Source: Octopus sinensis (taxonomy: Eukaryota). Taken from it: a stretch of 64,000 nt of DNA. The notes beneath the pieces are model-generated. The model worked only from the letters and a program-made list of their open reading frames with translations, was not told where the DNA came from and made no database searches. The DNA lies in NCBI RefSeq assembly GCF_006345805.1, contig NC_043000.1:57598001-57662000 (forward strand). Direction: 5' to 3'. Every line of letters begins with the position of its first letter. Position 1 is the stretch's first letter. A program made the position numbers and the translations under genes. Of this stretch, positions 35,278 through 48,413 are shown in pieces.

Positions 35278-35683
35278 ATGTATATATACATATACACACA
35301 CAAAAGTTAAGGAATGGAATAGATAAGATCTGGGGGGCTACATATGTTTCATAGCAAGCAGAACCTCAGAAGTGGTAAATATCCAAATAAGGTGTGTACC
35401 ACAGGCTACTCTTCAGGCCAAGAATATCTTGATTAAATGAAATTTTACATTGTCGCCAAGTAGGTACATTCTGATTGAATCTTCTATGTGTAAACATGTA
35501 CCTTCTTGTGACAGTGTAAACTTTCATTTAATCAAGATAGCCTGAGTAAAATCCACAACTTTCCATTTCAATAAACCACTTTTGTCCCTGAAAGTTGTTT
35601 ATTATATTTATTATGGATTGCTTGAAGCTAACTTTCTTCCAACACCTCAATCCCTGGATCTTATATTCATATATGAATATATA

Positions 35684-38600
35684 TTGGGTCATCCCATCAA
35701 TAATGTGGTTTTTTTTACACTTCTTTTATTTTTCAAAATTGAGATAAACAAAATTCTTTTCTAATCTAAAATATACTCTCCTTCATTTTCTACAATGCTC
35801 TTCCATCTATCTGGGAGACCAGTGGTTCCCAACCTTTTTTAGCCCAGGGACCATTTTCTACTTGAAAAAATTTCTAGGGACCACTTCTACTTTTACTTTA
35901 TGCTGTTCAATTTTCACACTAAGATACTTAATGAAAAGGTAAATAGTCTATTTACACTTTCAAATTTATTTTAGCAAACCAAAGATAAAATTTAAAATTT
36001 ATTTTAGTAAACAAAGATAAACAAAAGATATCAAAATCATTTTTCATAAAGTCGTTCATTTTTAGTCCATTCAGTTAGTGACGAGCTTGATATTGGTGTT
36101 TATGACACAAGATATCATAATCAATTTTAATGAACTCATTTAATCTGAGTCTGATAGTTCCTCTGCTGTTGACATCTAATTTATTTCTTTTTTTACTTAA
36201 ATTATCTACTACAGCTGAAAATGCAGATTCCACCATCCATGTGGTAGGGAAAGAGATGATGCTTGCTTCTACATGTCGAAAAATATTTGGGTATGATTCC
36301 TTTATCGATATGTAGGCAAAGACACCTTCTTTTGCAACTCTTCTTCTCAGTTTCATATTCTCTTTCAAATCCAACAACATTTCAGCCAACTCAAAATTTT
36401 CATCTCCTGGCTCATGATTTTGTTGGTCTACAAACCAGAGTGGATAATCCATCTTTAATAAATCATTGTATCTTCTCTCAAAGTCTACATGAAGACCTTC
36501 AAGATGGGTAATGTATGCAGCAATGCATTCTGATGTAGGAACTGTGGTGTTAAAATTTTGAAATGATGCCAAAATTTTTTTTTTAAACTGTTTTTTCCAA
36601 AATTTTAATTTCCCCATATACCCTTTTATCTTCTGAGAACAGGTGACCAAATCTGATTTTCTACCTTGCAGCTCTAAGTTAAGCAGATTCACTGTTTTAG
36701 AAATATCACTCAAGTAGAATATTTTTGATTTAAACTCAGAAAGTCTTTCCAAAACAGCTTGCTTCTTGGTATTGTAATGAGTCATCTGACTCTTGAAGAT
36801 GACAAAGTTGATTAATGGTTCCCATAAATCCACTAGTCTTTCAAGACTTCCATCTTACTTCTGTGTTAAGCAATAGAGTTTTAAAATCTTCATCTTCACA
36901 GAATTGCATAAAAAATCTATTATTCACTGAATTTGATTTGACAAAGTTAATTGCACGTATGGCAGTGTTGAGTGCTTCTTCCATGTGTCCTCCAATATTC
37001 TTAGCAACCAAATGCTGTCTGTGGATAATGCAATGTATATAAAAAATGTGAGGAGCAACTGATTTCATTTTAGAAACAAAGCCTTTCACTTTTCCAGTTA
37101 TGGCTGCAGCTCCATCAGATGCAATGTTGATTAAATTAGTCAATGGAATATTTTTATCATTAAAATACTGCATTGCTTCATTGAATATATCTTCTCCATT
37201 AGTAGTTTCAGACAAACTTTTAATGAATATCATTTCTTCCCTTATATCATCTTCATGGATGAATCTGACGTAGACCAGAAGGATAGCTTGTTTATGAATT
37301 GTGTTCTCATCAACCTGGATAGAAAAATTTGTCTTTTGGAGAATTTTCACAATCTTCTCACCAAAATTAGACATTTTATTCTGTCTTCTTCAAATTGTGC
37401 TATTTGAAAGTGGAATTGTACTCAGAGTAGATGCAGCATCTTTTCCCAGAACCTCATTTGCACAAGCTATCATAGCTGGCTTGACAAGTTACTCACCATA
37501 AATCCGAGGTTCTGCAACCTTGGCAATAATTTCAGAGACCAAATAACTTGGCTTGAGTGACTTTGCTTTTACAGTATTTATCTTCTTTACAAAAGTCGGG
37601 TAGTTTGATTGGCTGTATTTACTTTTTATTCTCAAAATATTCCCTACCTTTCAAGACACACAAGTTTTGAGTCTACAGAAACAAAACTAAACATGATAAA
37701 ATCTTTGTGGTTCCTCAGTTTTGCCTTTTTAGCAGTTGGTTCAGACATTATTACAACTGATCTTAAAAAAAAAACTAAAAGTAATAAATACTTTATTTCT
37801 ATAAATTAAAAGTATCAAATTTATTATGAAACTGTTGTAAAATGTAAATTATGTAATTCTTGATTGTAATATATTATTGATTATATATTATACGTTATTG
37901 ATTCTTATGGAATAATTATTGAATTTTGCTTTCTTATTATTATTCTATCTTCATATAACTTATTATTAACTAATAGTGTCTTTATTATCGAACAATATTG
38001 TGTAGATCTGAAATGGCTTCAATTTTTTTATGGCTACAAATTCTCTGTGTCATTTTGTCACTTCCATTATAGCTTTGAAAAAATAACTTTTAAAATTGAA
38101 CTGTATTTTTCAAAACTGGGGATCACTAGAAATTCTCTGGGGACCACCAGTGGGCCCCAGGGACCATGTTGGGAATCCCTGTGGTAGACTTGCAAGGTTC
38201 CTCTTCCAAAATTCACTTGTCCATGATGAAAAATACTCCTCCAGTACTATTCTGACCTCATCTACAGAATTCATATTTTTTCCGTCCAAATGATTTTGAT
38301 GTTTTTGAAGACTGTGGACTAAATGATAGTCAGATGGGGCAATGTCCAGCGAATATGGTGGATGGGACATCATTTCCTATTCAAACTGCTTTAGCCCTTG
38401 GAATGTCATCCTCACTGTATGTGGCCGAGCATTAGCCTGATCGAAGAACCTGTTTCATGTTGAAAGCAAAGACAGTGGTTTTTCTCTAGTGCTGACCTAA
38501 GCTGCTCACAGTAGATCTCCTTTGTTATTGTTTGGTTTGGGTTTAAAAGTTCAAAGTGGACTAAAAATTTCATATCCCTCCAAACAGATAACAACACCTT

Positions 38601-39223
38601 ATGTGGGTGAAGACCTTCTTTAGCCTGGGGTGCCGGTGTTTTTCCTTTCCCTACCCACTGTCTTCAGCGCTTGGCATTTTTATAGAGAACCCATTGACCC
38701 AATTTGCTGACTTTTCTGATGGCATGCAGGTGTTAATGAATGGTTGAGTGACCAAATCCAAGCTTCTCTGCTAGTTCCTCAACAGTTATGATGTGATTTT
38801 GTTCCACCAGGATTTGCAGGACATCCTCGTTGAGTTCTACAGATCTTTCAGGAAGAGCCTTGTCTTCTAGGCTGTAGTTTCTAGCTTGGAATTTCTGGAA
38901 CCACCATTGACACTGGCTTACACTTATTGTCTGATCCCCATCTACTGCATTAATATTCCTCGCACTTTCTGTTGCATTGTTGCCTTTATTGAACTCATAA
39001 AGCAAAATATGCTGAATATGCCATTTTGTCACTTCCATTATAGCTTTGAAAAAATAACTGTTAAAATTGAACTGTATTCTTCAAAACTTGCACTAAGAAT
39101 AAGAACAAGGTAATATTACTACCTGCTTTTATAACAAGTTGATGCAGGTAGTTTATCCCGTCCCCCACCCCGACTTTTAGTTCATGCAATTGAAAAAACT
39201 ACATTATTTATGGGGTGACCCAA
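35684..39223 (-). mobile_element. Degenerate mariner transposon split by a hAT insertion
   Basis: TA-flanked TIRs ttgggtcatcccatcaataatg / cattatttatggggtgacccaa. Transposase pieces: HILLYEFNKGNNATESARNI (HTH), MLLSVWRDMK..VHFELL, HPPYSLDIAPSDYHL. The 3' end lies at 35684-35819. Confidence 0.9.
35820..38181 (-). mobile_element. hAT (Buster/Charlie-like; ZBED5/SCAND3-type) DNA transposon with broken transposase
   Basis: TIRs cagtggttcccaac / gttgggaatccctg; 8-bp TSD tgggagac / tggtagac (NNNTANNN). ORFs 36841..37374 and 36075..36833 carry FSIQVDE, SDGAAAITG, HCIIHRQHL, EVRW and FPTTWMVESAFS. Confidence 0.92.
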
Positions 39224-39391
39224 TATATATGTATATAAAACTGTGTCTGTATACATAAGTACATACACTCATGGATATATATATGCACACAAGCAGATAC
39301 ACTGTTTAATAGCAAATAACTACTTTAACTGATGTAACTTATAATTGTTTCTCTCTCTCTCTCTTTCTAGACACACACACACACATGTTTC

Positions 39392-39555
39392 ATCATCATT
39401 CATTCATCATCGTTTAACGTCTGTTTTCTGCGCTAGCACGGGTTGGACGGTTCAACCGGGGTCTGGGAAGCCAGGGGCTGCTCCAGGCTCCAGTCTGATC
39501 TGGCAGAGTTTCTACGGCTGGATGCCCTTCCTAACACCAACCACTCCGCGAGTGT
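39392..39555 (-). mobile_element. RTE 3' tail / SINE-like copy
   Basis: catcatcgtttaacgtc...ttctacggctggatgcccttcctaacaccaaccactcc. Confidence 0.75.
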
Positions 39556-39556
39556 T

Positions 39557-39605
<49 letters not shown>

Positions 39606-39877
39606 TAAACACACACATATATACATATATATATCTTTAATATGATTTTTAAAAATACATGTTACTATGATCTTCCAGTAATGCATGCGCAATGATATAT
39701 AGTAACCTTTTTCAGATAATATTCATCATTTATTCATCAATTTTTTTAATATTAAATGCTTGTTCTGTTAACAACTGCTTTGCAATATGTCATCTTATAG
39801 TTGTCTGCTTTAAATTTTACATTTCCAACTGTTGCATACTTTGCCAGCATTCAACAAAGAATCAATATTTCATTGCA

Positions 39878-40587
39878 TGGCATACCTATACTTGTATACC
39901 TCCTGCCAAATTTGTTTCCTCATAACTTCCAGAAAAATGGATATGTTTAAATGAAATTTTCTACAAATACGCTTTAGATGGTGTAGATTTCGATTGCATC
40001 AGAATTTGTTGTGAAAACATTTTTGAGTGAGTTGGAAGAGACGTCTCAGAAGATTCACACAAGTTGGCTAAATTTCATCATAACTTTCAAAAAATGGATA
40101 TATTTTCTAAACACCTTTCAGAATCTGTAGGTTACAATTATATCAGAATTTAACTGGAAAAACAAAGTTGGGGCCTCATGCACATACATATTGATGCTCT
40201 TCACATATATCTACTAAAGGAAACTTGAAATTTTTCAAAAAAATTGTGATGTGTGACAGTATGTATGTGTGCGCTCATAATTTTTCTTTTCACATCAAAC
40301 TCTGGTATAATCGTAATCTACACACTCTGAAAGACATTTGTAGAAAATTTCATTTAAAAATACTCGTTTTTCCGAAAGTTATGAGAAAACAAAGTCAGCT
40401 TGTATTTTCTGAAACTCCACTCCCTAGCGATGGAAAATTTTTGTCACAATAAATTTTGATATAATCAGAATCTACATCATCTGAAATGTATTTGTAGAAA
40501 ATTTCACTACAAAATATCCATTTTTCTGGAAGTTATGAGGAAAGAAACTTGGGACAGCAGGGTGACACACTTCTGTAGGTGTGCCCA
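39878..40587. mobile_element. Long-TIR MITE / foldback DNA element with internal subrepeats
   Basis: Arms of about 140 bp (tttcctcataacttccagaaaaatggatat / atatccatttttctggaagttatgaggaaa). The same module recurs internally at about 40075 (direct) and 40330-40390 (inverted). Confidence 0.8.
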
Positions 40588-42764
40588 TTGCTTTAATAAT
40601 GGTAAGTATACTCTTAGTATTTATCTCTTCAACATAAGTAATATTAAAATTAAATTAAATATTATTAAATATCTACATCTATTAAATATCTACATATAGG
40701 CTTGCTCACTTCACTTTCATTTTGTATGTAAGAATATTTGAAATTGTAACTGCATGTTATATATAAACAAACAATACGCTTCTTTTGTTCATCTTTCATG
40801 AAAAGGGTGACTATAATGTCACCCTTTTCACTACATATAAAAATAGATAGGATAACAATATTTTACAATGATATTGCGTTTACCCATCAAAATTTCATGT
40901 TCATTTATTTCCCAAACACCAGCTTAATAATAGCTAAGTTATTTTACTAAATGTTTCATTATTTTCTAAATTTATTGAAACAATGGCAATGTATTTCAAC
41001 AGATATGATAACAAAAGGGTTAAGAACAGTTCAAATATGTCTGAGAGGTAATAAATCTGTAAGAGCTTGTCACTGCAGTTTGTCAAGGAGAAAAATGTCT
41101 TGCTTAAGACAAGAAGGTGTTAAAGCACCTTTTCAGAACCCGCTATTAAACCAATGGATGCATTTTGAACTTACTAGTTCTCAGTATTATTTCTGTTACT
41201 GTTTTGCATACCTACTCAAAAATTTGTTTCAGTCCAGCAGCCATAATGCATCCAGTACACTCTACAAAGTCTTTGGCAATAGGTAGGGTATCCAGCTGTA
41301 GAAAAACATGCCAAAAATAGAATATTCAAGCAGCATATAGTCCTCTACTTGTTAATGAGTGAAATTACTCCAATTAAGAACTGACTGTTGGTGACAATCC
41401 ATCCACAGCAAGCCAGCATAGAAAAGCTGACATAAAGTTAGGCTGATAACAATGATGGTGATGATGATGACAATGATTACACACACACACACAATTATCC
41501 TCATCACCATCTTTATTGATGAGAATGATGTATGTATGCATGCTTTCTATAGCTGGATGCCCTTCCTATTACCAATGATTTTGTAGAGTGTACTGGGTGC
41601 CTTATGGCCACTAGACTGGAACAAATTTGTGAGTAGGTATCCAAAACAGTAGCAGAAAGAATACTAAGATGAACTAATTGCTGAATTTTCTTACTGAGAT
41701 ATTGAATTACAAATCCTTTGATTTTTTGGGTCTAGAAGTATATTATGCTTAGTCATGGATGATATTTATTTTGATTTAATGTCTAATAATTGCCAATAGT
41801 GATAACTTCCAATATTTTATGGAGCAATTAGATTGGATTCTAGTTCTGAATGAAAAAAAATTTGATATGCCCAATATTTCCATTATTAAATTAGGTTGAT
41901 TTTGACTAAGAAAAGTTGTCTAAGAAAAGAATTTTCTCTTGGGACTATTTTCACTGCAGGTTCATATGTTCTCTATTTTCCCAGGTTCATATGTTCTTAG
42001 ACATTTTAAATATAACTTCACATGCATATATTTTATTTGACACTGCTTTGAGTGTCTTTAATTATAGCTTGATTAAGCTTTACACACACAAGCAAACATA
42101 CCCATGCTTGTTTTTACTGGGCTGTGAATGATAATTTGGTGTTCATAGTTGATGATGTGAAAGAACACAGAAATGCATGCATCCTACAATCCATTCACTG
42201 TCCAATATATTTTCAGATATTATCTAGGAGACTATAGTCCTAAGATTATTTCTGCAGCGGATGGTCTTCTCACATTAGAATGTATTTGAACATTTGAAAT
42301 ATGATTTAATACTATATTTATATTTTAACTTCCATACTGCTTTGTTTTACAAATATTGACCTATTTCAATTGTGTGGAAAGCTACAAGTGAAGCAAACAT
42401 TTTTGTTGCATGCAAAACCAAACAAATTCTCATGGCATTCCATCATTTTATCATGATCTTACATATGCCATAATTCAGTTGCTTAGCCACAGGCCAGCCC
42501 TGATTTTGCACACATATGATCAACCAGGTACTTTCTTTTATTCAAGCATAGTGTATTAAGGGCCGCATTATCCAATGTGTCCTTTCTTTTTTTTTTTTTT
42601 GAGACACCAAGATGAGCTATATTTGACTGCTACTTCTAGTAACCATGTAAAGGCTTCATTATCACTAATGTTAGAGGAGCTGCAATTGTTTTCACAATGT
42701 AATGGCTGAATCATTAGGAAGTCAGTATATCACTTCATATCCAGGTATCAGTACAGTGCAATGT

Positions 42765-44156
42765 AGCATGACACAAATGTGGTCACTGTTCCCAATCGCT
42801 ATCCTATAAAGAATCTCCAGGATTTTTCTTTGAACTTGCATGGTTTTACCATTTTTTCCAAGGTTGACCTCATCCGGGCTTATCATCAGATTCCAATGAA
42901 CCCTGACGACATTCTCAAAACTGCTGTTACCACCCACTTTGGAAGTTTTGAGATCCTGTTTATGAGCTTCGGTTTTCGGTATGCAATGAGTACATTCCAG
43001 AGGTTTATTGATGAAGTTGTCCCTGGACTTGACTTTGTGTTCGCTTATGTCGATGATTTGCTCATAGCTAGCGACACACATGAAAATCATCTCCAACACT
43101 TATCTCAACTTTTTCAGTGCCTTCATACCTACAATGTGTGAATCAGCTCCAATAAGTGTGTTTTCGGGCAAGCCTCTCTGGAATTTCTGGGGCATTATAT
43201 CAACTCGAATGGTATCAGACTTCTCTTTTCCAAAGTAGATGCAATTCAATGCATCTCACCTCCCACTTCTCTACGCCAATCATCAACTTCTATAGATACT
43301 TCATACATAAATGTGCAGACAAGTTACATCTATTGACTACTGAAAGCAAATACAAAAAGCAATGCTCCTATTAATCTATCTGCCGAGGCATTATTTTCGT
43401 TTGAGTCAATTAAGAAGGAAATAATGTATGTAACCAGATTTCGCTTGTATTTCTCAAGTCTTCCACCCATGCATCCACGTGACCAGTCTATTCTCTCTCA
43501 CGTCCCACCAGACATTGACAAATGGACTTACGTTTTTGTTCAGGATGATTCTGTCAAGAGACCTCCCAACTCTCCTTATAAGGGACCATTTTGTGTGCTG
43601 CCGCGCACACCCAAAACTTTTAGTCTCAACATCAATGGTTGGGCAGAGACCATGTCAGTCAACAGACTTAAAAGGGCACATTTTGAGGTGTCCACACCAT
43701 TCGATGACACCCCAAACATGCCCACCTTCGATACTTTACAACCACCTACACATCCACCTGCACATGCACCTTTGACCACACCATCACCTACACCTCCACC
43801 TTCATCGCCACTACATAACACGAACAAACCCTATGTCATCAGGACAAGCCGCACTGTGCATTGGCCCAAAAAACTCACTAGAACTATTTACATCTAACTT
43901 TTTTTCCTTTTTCTTCCTGTAACAGACAATTGTTTCTTGTGTGCTGAACAATACCAATGCTTTGTCATTCAACTCTGTAAAATAATATTTTGTGCATGCT
44001 CCTTTTATATTGCTTGTAATTATTTTTTCTCAATTTTACATTTTGCATTATATTTTGTACCACATCTTGTTGTTTGTGATCGGTAGCCATCTTTGCTTTG
44101 TTGTACATACTCCAGTCATTCTAATTTTCACACTGGCATTCTCAGGGGGAAGCCTC
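42765..44156 (+). mobile_element. Ty3/Gypsy LTR retrotransposon internal remnant (RT and integrase C-terminus)
   Basis: [44 protein letters not shown] (RT). YVFVQDDSVKRPPNSPYKGPFCVL...SVNRLKRAH (GPY/F module). RNase H and integrase core deleted. Purine tract agggggaag before the LTR. Confidence 0.9.
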
Positions 44157-44585
44157 TGTAGCGTGACACAAGAAGCCAGCACCATTTTGTACGAGGTCTT
44201 GCCAGCAGCCATTGCCAGGTCCGAGACAACAGCGAGATCTCACCTACAACCATGTTTGCCATGTGCAAGACCACAGTGAGGCTCTCGTGAGCAACATCTA
44301 TTTAAGGAGGTGTATTGAGCAATCCATCCTCTTTGCTCGCGTTGGCACTCACATTGAACAACACTGCCACCTAGCAGCTCACAACATATTCTTAACCCTG
44401 CTCTAACTTTAGCCATTATCTTCAGAGGTAATGTACCTCACGCGAATGGAGCTAACAAACTACATGCTGACATACAGATGGTTGCCGGGAGCAAACCCCA
44501 TGAAATGAGAACCAAATAAACAACCATTGAATTGCACTCGCTTGTAAGCCTCTTCTTCTTCGAGTTCCAGAATCCTAAGACTACA
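44157..44585 (+). mobile_element. 3' LTR of the Gypsy element
   Basis: Begins TGTAG just after the PPT and ends CTACA (inverted termini). Internal TATTTAA and AATAAA (44515). Confidence 0.7.
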
Positions 44586-45129
44586 AAAAAATAATTGTAA
44601 TGGGAGAAGGAGATACTCCACAGGTATCAGGAACCTTCTAGTCCCATTATACCTACTTTATCCAAATTCAAATAAGTTGATTCAACAAAGAAACTTCTTG
44701 GCAGTTGTTCAACCTTCTGGAAATAACAACTAAACCTCCCTCAAATCACACCCTACTGTCTTGAAGAGAATGGATGCATTAGACGATATAGACCTAGATG
44801 TACAAAAAGATGGTCATGGCTGGAACATCTTTGACCTACTTGGTTAAGGCTAACTTAAGGTTAACTAAACAAGATAAACAACAATAAAAAACTATTGTGA
44901 TTATTTACTATACAGTAGGCACAGTTCTGAGCTGTTAGAAGTAAGCAGGAGCACTATATTATTAACAAAGTGCTTTGTTAGCTGACAGGGCTGAGTTCAA
45001 TTCTCCACGAAGGTCTGGAGAAAATAATGAGAAACTACATTCCAGCATTATTTCCTTAAAATTTTGAAGAGGTTTAACTCCATGAGTTGTATATCTCTTG
45101 ACATTGATATCATTAGTGAAATCAATATT

Positions 45130-45721
45130 AATTCGGTCATTCGGAATGCTCACAGCAGCCATATTCCTACCACTCTATGTCACGCTGGTGAGACCCATAT
45201 TGGAGTATGGGATTCAAGCCTCTTCTCCTTATCTCCTCAAAGACATACAGCATCTCGAAAGAGTCCAGAAGCTGGCTACCTGCATGGTGCATGGTCTCAA
45301 AAATTTGTCCTACGAAGAAAGGCTGAGGACGCTCGACCTTTATTCTCTTGAAAAACGCCGCCGCCGTGGTGATCTCATTCTCGCCCACAACATCATAAGC
45401 GGAAAGTGTAACCTCTCAAAAGAGCTGTTCTTCACTCCTGCTCCAGAGCGTCGGCTGCGGGGTCATTCCGAAAAGCTCTACCTGCGACGATTTCATCTCA
45501 ATCGAAGGAGAGGAGCTTTCTCCGTCCGGGTTGCGGATCCGTGGAACCAGCTGCCAGACGAGATGGTGAAGATGCCGACGACCACTTTGTTCAAAGCCTC
45601 CCTGGACCTCAAGTGGCCTGAACTCTTTACATGAACACCACCCTGTACTTAACTCTATGTCCCCCTACATGGCCTTGCTATTTGCTTTTGAGCCAAATTA
45701 ACTAACTAACTAACTAACTAC
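45130..45721 (+). mobile_element. 5'-truncated CR1-clade LINE with intact C-terminal ORF
   Basis: PLYVTLVRPILEYG..SPYL.KDIQHLERVQKLAT...LSYEERLRTLDLYSLEKRRRRGDLI...FSVRVADPWNQLP; (aact)n tail; CpG-rich. Confidence 0.9.
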
Positions 45722-46252
45722 CATCAGAGAATCTTACCTTAAAGCTACCTAATTACTTTTCAGACTCCACTTTGACACAGCACCATCATATCAATCCTCC
45801 CCACCCCACCATACACAGATCTCATCATTTCTCTGTTACCATTCTTGCAGACTTTTCAATGATTTACCCAAGAGAAAGGAAAATATCAATGACATATCAT
45901 GCATTCATGAAACTTCAGTCAAAAATCCAATATGCTATTTACTCAGCAATTTGAAACTACTCAAATTTAATTAGACAACATAATGAGGTAATTTAAAAGG
46001 TTCTTTTATGGTTTAAGGCAGAGTAAAATTACTGTATCAAAATTTGTATTTGGTTTTTGTCTTTATTCAGTAAGTGTTGCTTCTTATTTACTTCTGTCTA
46101 GAAATCAAGGAAATGACTACTATTTCCTTCAAACATTGCTTTTTTGACTTAGACATCAATGTTTTGAAACTAATCGATTTTCTAATATATTTCGGATGGA
46201 TTCAGCACTGAGTTGCTGAAGCAGAAATATTGTTATAGTAAATATATTTCTT

Positions 46253-46477
46253 TACTAACCACAAGGGGTTAAACATAGAAGGGACAAACAAGGACAGACA
46301 AACGGATTAAGTCGATTATATCGACCCCAGTGCGAAACTGTTACTTTATTTATCGACCCCCGAAAGGATGAAAGGCAAAGTCGACCTCGGTGGAATTTGA
46401 ACTCAGAATGTAACGACAGACGAAATACCGCGAAGCATTTCACCCGGCGTGCTAACGTTTCTGCCAGCTCGCCGCCC
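46253..46477 (-). mobile_element. tRNA-SINE (Meta-domain-like), little diverged
   Basis: Reverse complement of the 34780 family with CpGs retained (ggcggcgagctggcagaaacgttagcacgccggg). Confidence 0.85.
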
Positions 46478-47222
46478 TATAAATACTTATAGTTATAGTA
46501 AATACTCTGCTCAATACCACAGATTTACTTGTCAGTTGCTTGAGCTTAACCACTTGAACATGTCTCTTAGTGGCTGACAATATGTGCATCTCTGATCATG
46601 AGCAGGAATGATGAGGGAGCATCACAGCTATGTGTTGAGGGAGATTTTTTGGGTTTTAAAAAAGGAAAGAAAAGCAAAGTTTGAAGGAAATATTAGCCAT
46701 TTTTCATACTTTCTAAGGGCAAGGAAATAGGAAATAATTGTTACTACCCAAGGGCAAAAATCATGTTACACAGTGTTATGAATGGTTTGCTTAGAAAATA
46801 ATTTGTACTGTTCCATTCAATCTGCAAAGCCTTTATAACGAATGACTATGCTCTTGAGCCATACACATCGTTAGTAATGATATCTATACTACCACAAATC
46901 CATTTAGCTCTCCCTCTGGATGTAGGGTGAACAAAAAAAAAATGACTGTTTTTGTTCATCCTACATGATGGTACAACATGACAGTACAACAGTTGATCTA
47001 GTGCGGTGTGCTTTCTGACTGAAGGATCTACAAGCAAGTTACTGAAACTAGCTTTACCTAGTCGGTAATTTATAGCTATTATGTTGTTTTTTACAGTCCT
47101 TTTGTGTCACATGTGGTGTCTAGTTAGCTTTTTAGCTTATCAAGACAAATTTCAATGCATGTATCACATAAAATTCTTTCATAGTTTTTACGTTAATTCT
47201 TTTTTACATGCATAGGTACTGG

Positions 47223-47612
47223 TATGGCTGTGCAGTAAGAAGTTTACTTCCCAGCCAAATGGTTCTGGATTCAGTTCCACTGTGTGGTGCCTTGGGCAAG
47301 TATCTTCTACAATAACTCTAGGCCAACCAAAACCTATTGAGAGGATTTGGTTGACAAAAACTGAAAGAAGCCTGTTGTGTGTGTATGTGTGTGTTTGTAT
47401 CTCCTTGTCTTGAAGTCACTGTCATACAAAAAGTGTCATTCATTTCAAGTATTCTGCAAGAACATGTTTGTCTACGAAGAAATATTACCTTGCTTGGAAA
47501 CAAGTGGGAATTGGTGACAGGAAAGGCTTCCAGCAGTAGAAAATCTGCCTCAGTAAACTTCATCTGATCCTTGCAAGCATAGAAAAGTGGTCGCCAAAAC
47601 AATGATGATGAG
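47223..47612 (+). mobile_element. tRNA-SINE
   Basis: Head as at 21987; body shared with about 28300-28500; (gat)n tail. Confidence 0.75.
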
Positions 47613-48010
47613 GTGTGATGGTATCCTTGTTGGAGCAACTGGATTAATTGTTGGCTGCTTTTTTTTACTGTCAAACACTCAATCACGAAGTAGGAGTGGA
47701 TCCTGTTATTTTTTCCAATGAGGTATAATGATATCTGAACTATGACCATGCATTTAGTAGTCTTGCATATTGACTCCTCATTCATTGATTATATAACAAC
47801 AAAGAAATTCTACTTTATTTTACCACTTTCTTCTCAAAGCTTATGTGAATAACACCATTTACAGAAAAAAATTATAAGCATGTAGCAAAATAGTTTTTAC
47901 TTAGGTATTTCATTTCACTTAGATTTGCTAATATTCCTGTGAGAGGTACAGGTATAACATGATTCCATTTCACATCTCATCTAAATTTAACACTTTGCCT
48001 GCCAAGCCCA

Positions 48011-48087
48011 TTTTGCACCATATCATCTTTTGCACCATATCATCTTTTGCACCATATCATCTTTTGCACCATATCATCTTTTGCACC
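48011..48087. repeat. 17-bp minisatellite, about 4.5 perfect copies
   Basis: (ttttgcaccatatcatc)n. Confidence 0.95.
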
Positions 48088-48413
48088 TGTGGTTTAATTT
48101 TATAAATTATGCATTTTTAAAATAGTTTAACCATGTAACTTAGCAGTTCAGCAAAAGAGACCAATATAATAAGTACAAGGTTTAAAAAAGATAAGTACTG
48201 GGGTCAATTCATTCAACTAAAATTCTAAAATTCTTCTAGGCAGTGGCCCCAGCATGGGACACTGGAACAAGTAAAAGAAAATAAAGAAAAGAAGAGCAAT
48301 ATATATGTTATATATATGTTCTAATTTACTAAATAAACTACTATATGATATATAGGATGTGTGAATCTTATGTTAAGTAATTTTAAAATGTCCATCATAC
48401 CTCTATTTATGTA

